Position numbers and translations under genes: made by a program
Part shown: one piece after another, positions 62,281-64,000 of the stretch
Position numbering within the stretch: position 1 is the stretch's first letter
How the letters are laid out: the number at the start of each line of letters is the position of its first letter
Origin: an uncultured Anaerolineaceae bacterium
GTDB taxonomy: Bacteria > Chloroflexota > Anaerolineae > Anaerolineales > UBA4823
DNA: 64,000 nucleotides
Direction: 5' to 3'
Assembly: GCA_964525785.1 (NCBI GenBank)
Contig: CAZGIX010000003.1
Location: forward strand, 214 to 64,213
Notes under the pieces: model-generated
Databases searched by the model: none
Told to the model about the DNA's origin: nothing
Seen by the model: the letters and a program-made list of their open reading frames with translations, nothing else

Positions 62281-64000
62281 TCATGTCAGGTAGACCATCA
62301 GATCGCTGCGGCCGCGCAGCTCGCTTATAGCGCTCATCCCCAGCTCCGCCAAGATGCCAGCCAGCTGCCACAGCCAGGCGGTATACAGGTTGACGATCTG
62401 TTGGTAGCCAACATCGGCATCGATCTTGCTGGCATGTACGGGATCGGTGGTGGTAATGCCAAACGGGCAGCCAAGCCCCTTTTCGCATTGGGCGATGCGG
62501 ATACACCCGATCGCCACCAGCTCAGCCGTGCCGAGTATGGCACCATCGGCTCCCAGGGCAATGGCTTTGGCGACATCCCAGGCGCTGCGTAAGCCGCCCG
62601 AGGCCATCAGCGTCACCTCATCCCGGATGCCTTCTTCCACCAGAAAACGGTGCACCTTGGGCAAAGCATATTCGATGGGCATGGCAATGTTCTTCTTGGC
62701 GATCTCCGGCGCCGCGCCGGTGCCCCCATACGAGCCATCCAGGTGGATGATATGCGCACCGGCATAATATGAGCCCACCGCCACCATGTCCACATCGGTA
62801 GGCGTGGAGACTTTGACGCTGATCAGGGCGCGCGGGTTGACGTGTTTGAGCCAGTCGACGTGCTTCTTGTGATCTTCCACAGAATAGACACTGTGGAATG
62901 GGAACGGCGAGAACAGCGAGGTCCCTTCCACCGCCTCACGCAATCGAGCCACCGTATCGGTGTTCTTGTTGCCCAGCAGGTGGCCTCCCAGACCGGGCTT
63001 GGCCCCCTGGGCGTACTTGATCTCCACCAGGCGAGCGCGCTGGATGCTGCCCTCGCTCACCCCAAACAATCCGGTGGCGACCTGGGTGATGATATGGTCA
63101 GCGTATTCTTCCAGCTCGGTTGGATAGCCGCCTTCGCCGGTAGATGTGAGGGTTCCCTGTGCTTTCGCCGCCCGGACGCGCGCCAGCATCACCGGCAGGC
63201 CGATGCTGCCGTATGACATGCCGGCCCCATACCAGGGAACGGGCAGGGTGAGCGCCGGTCGGCCTGGCTCGCGGCGGTTGAGAGGCAGGTGGAAATCAAA
63301 GCCGGCTGGATCGGCGGCGATGACCTGGCGCGGGTCGCGCTCCAGCTCGAAGGCAAAAGCCAGCCGGTCAAAGCCTCCTTCGGATGCACCGACGCGGTAT
63401 TCCAGCTCGCCGCTCGGAGGCCTGCCAGTGCGGGCTTGCTGTTGAGATGCCAGGAGTAGGGCCGTGGGCCAGCGGAAGTCGCCCTCGCCTCCGCCGGGCT
63501 GGGGCAAACGCCCGTAGCTCGAGAGCGGCGCGCTGCCGCCCAACACCTTACGGAAGGAGGTTTCCTCCGTCTTATGCCAGATGGTACGACCGACTTCTCC
63601 GCGCAAGCGGCGCACCTCGCGCATCCCCATTGCTCCCAGGGCTTCCAGCAGCTGGTCACGCCAGGCGTTCATCAAGTTAATCAGTCTCTGTGCGCCCCAA
63701 TCTGGATCGAGCTCCTCGCTCTCTACCGGGCAGCGGCCTTTATCAGCCCATAACGAGCAGCCCCAGGCGATCTGTAAAACGAAGTCCACCGCTACCAGGT
63801 CGGCCCCGCAGGCGATCGCTTTCGCAACGTGCTCTGCGGCGGCGATCCCGCCGCTGGCTACCAGTGTCACCCGGTCGCGCACGGCTTTTTCTACCAATCG
63901 TAGGTGGACGAGGCGCAGCGCCTCCGGCAGGCTGAGTCCCTCCGCATCCCGGCCCACTTCATCCGCATACAGGTGGACAACCGGAACACCAGCCTCCACC
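62281..64000 (-). CDS. FMN-binding glutamate-synthase-family protein (GltB central-domain-like), N-terminus beyond the window
   Basis: GAKPGLGGHLLGNKNT, ISVKVSTPTDVDMVAVGSYYAGAHIIHLDGSYGGTGAAP and LMASGGLRSAWDVAKAIALGADG. The ORF is open to the window end. Confidence 0.8.
   Translation of the reverse strand, partial: VEAGVPVVHLYADEVGRDAEGLSLPEALRLVHLRLVEKAVRDRVTLVASGGIAAAEHVAKAIACGADLVAVDFVLQIAWGCSLWADKGRCPVESEELDPDWGAQRLINLMNAWRDQLLEALGAMGMREVRRLRGEVGRTIWHKTEETSFRKVLGGSAPLSSYGRLPQPGGGEGDFRWPTALLLASQQQARTGRPPSGELEYRVGASEGGFDRLAFAFELERDPRQVIAADPAGFDFHLPLNRREPGRPALTLPVPWYGAGMSYGSIGLPVMLARVRAAKAQGTLTSTGEGGYPTELEEYADHIITQVATGLFGVSEGSIQRARLVEIKYAQGAKPGLGGHLLGNKNTDTVARLREAVEGTSLFSPFPFHSVYSVEDHKKHVDWLKHVNPRALISVKVSTPTDVDMVAVGSYYAGAHIIHLDGSYGGTGAAPEIAKKNIAMPIEYALPKVHRFLVEEGIRDEVTLMASGGLRSAWDVAKAIALGADGAILGTAELVAIGCIRIAQCEKGLGCPFGITTTDPVHASKIDADVGYQQIVNLYTAWLWQLAGILAELGMSAISELRGRSDLMVYLT

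Overview
This is a 64-kb bacterial chromosomal window. It looks high-GC by eye, with a visibly more AT-rich right third. I found no rRNA, CRISPR array, transposase or integrase.

Left 12 kb:
- Two MacAB/HlyD-type ABC efflux loci.
- One sits beside an OmpR-type two-component system; the other is headed by a TetR regulator.
- A secreted beta-helix protein.

Centre (about 12.5-42.6 kb), the main item:
- A large SARP/AfsR-type regulator is followed by a roughly 27-kb, single-strand, tightly packed operon encoding a contractile phage-tail-like machine.
- The gene order is sheath, tube, XkdN-like chaperone, tape-measure-position protein, Mu gp43-position hub adaptors, gpD-like hub, gpV-like spike, PAAR-like tip, gp25-like, gpJ-like and gpI-like.
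- No head, terminase, portal or integrase genes are visible, and no recognisable eCIS AAA+ ATPase.
- Unusual accessories include a 1228-aa hub-adaptor fusion carrying OmpA-like and PG_binding_1-like domains plus a C-terminal metzincin motif, followed by a HEAT-repeat gene.
- Others are a 1652-aa wedge protein with eight tandem ~111-aa modules, a 1519-aa 7-blade propeller / Cys-cluster protein, and a triplicated LL-H-holin-like protein.

Right 21 kb:
- A NarL-type two-component system with an extra receiver.
- A GT4-fusion/GH130/ChaB cluster.
- Two tandem AI-2E transporters.
- CsbD and DUF3309 small proteins.
- tRNA-Lys(CUU).
- A PadR-modB-modA operon.
- An S58 peptidase.
- A REC-HD-GYP regulator.
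- A split glutamate-synthase-like cluster interrupted by an EamA transporter.

A family of long perfect hairpins centred on GCGAAGC-type loops recurs in intergenic gaps.

All functional calls rest on motifs read by eye and on synteny. No database or HMM search was possible.
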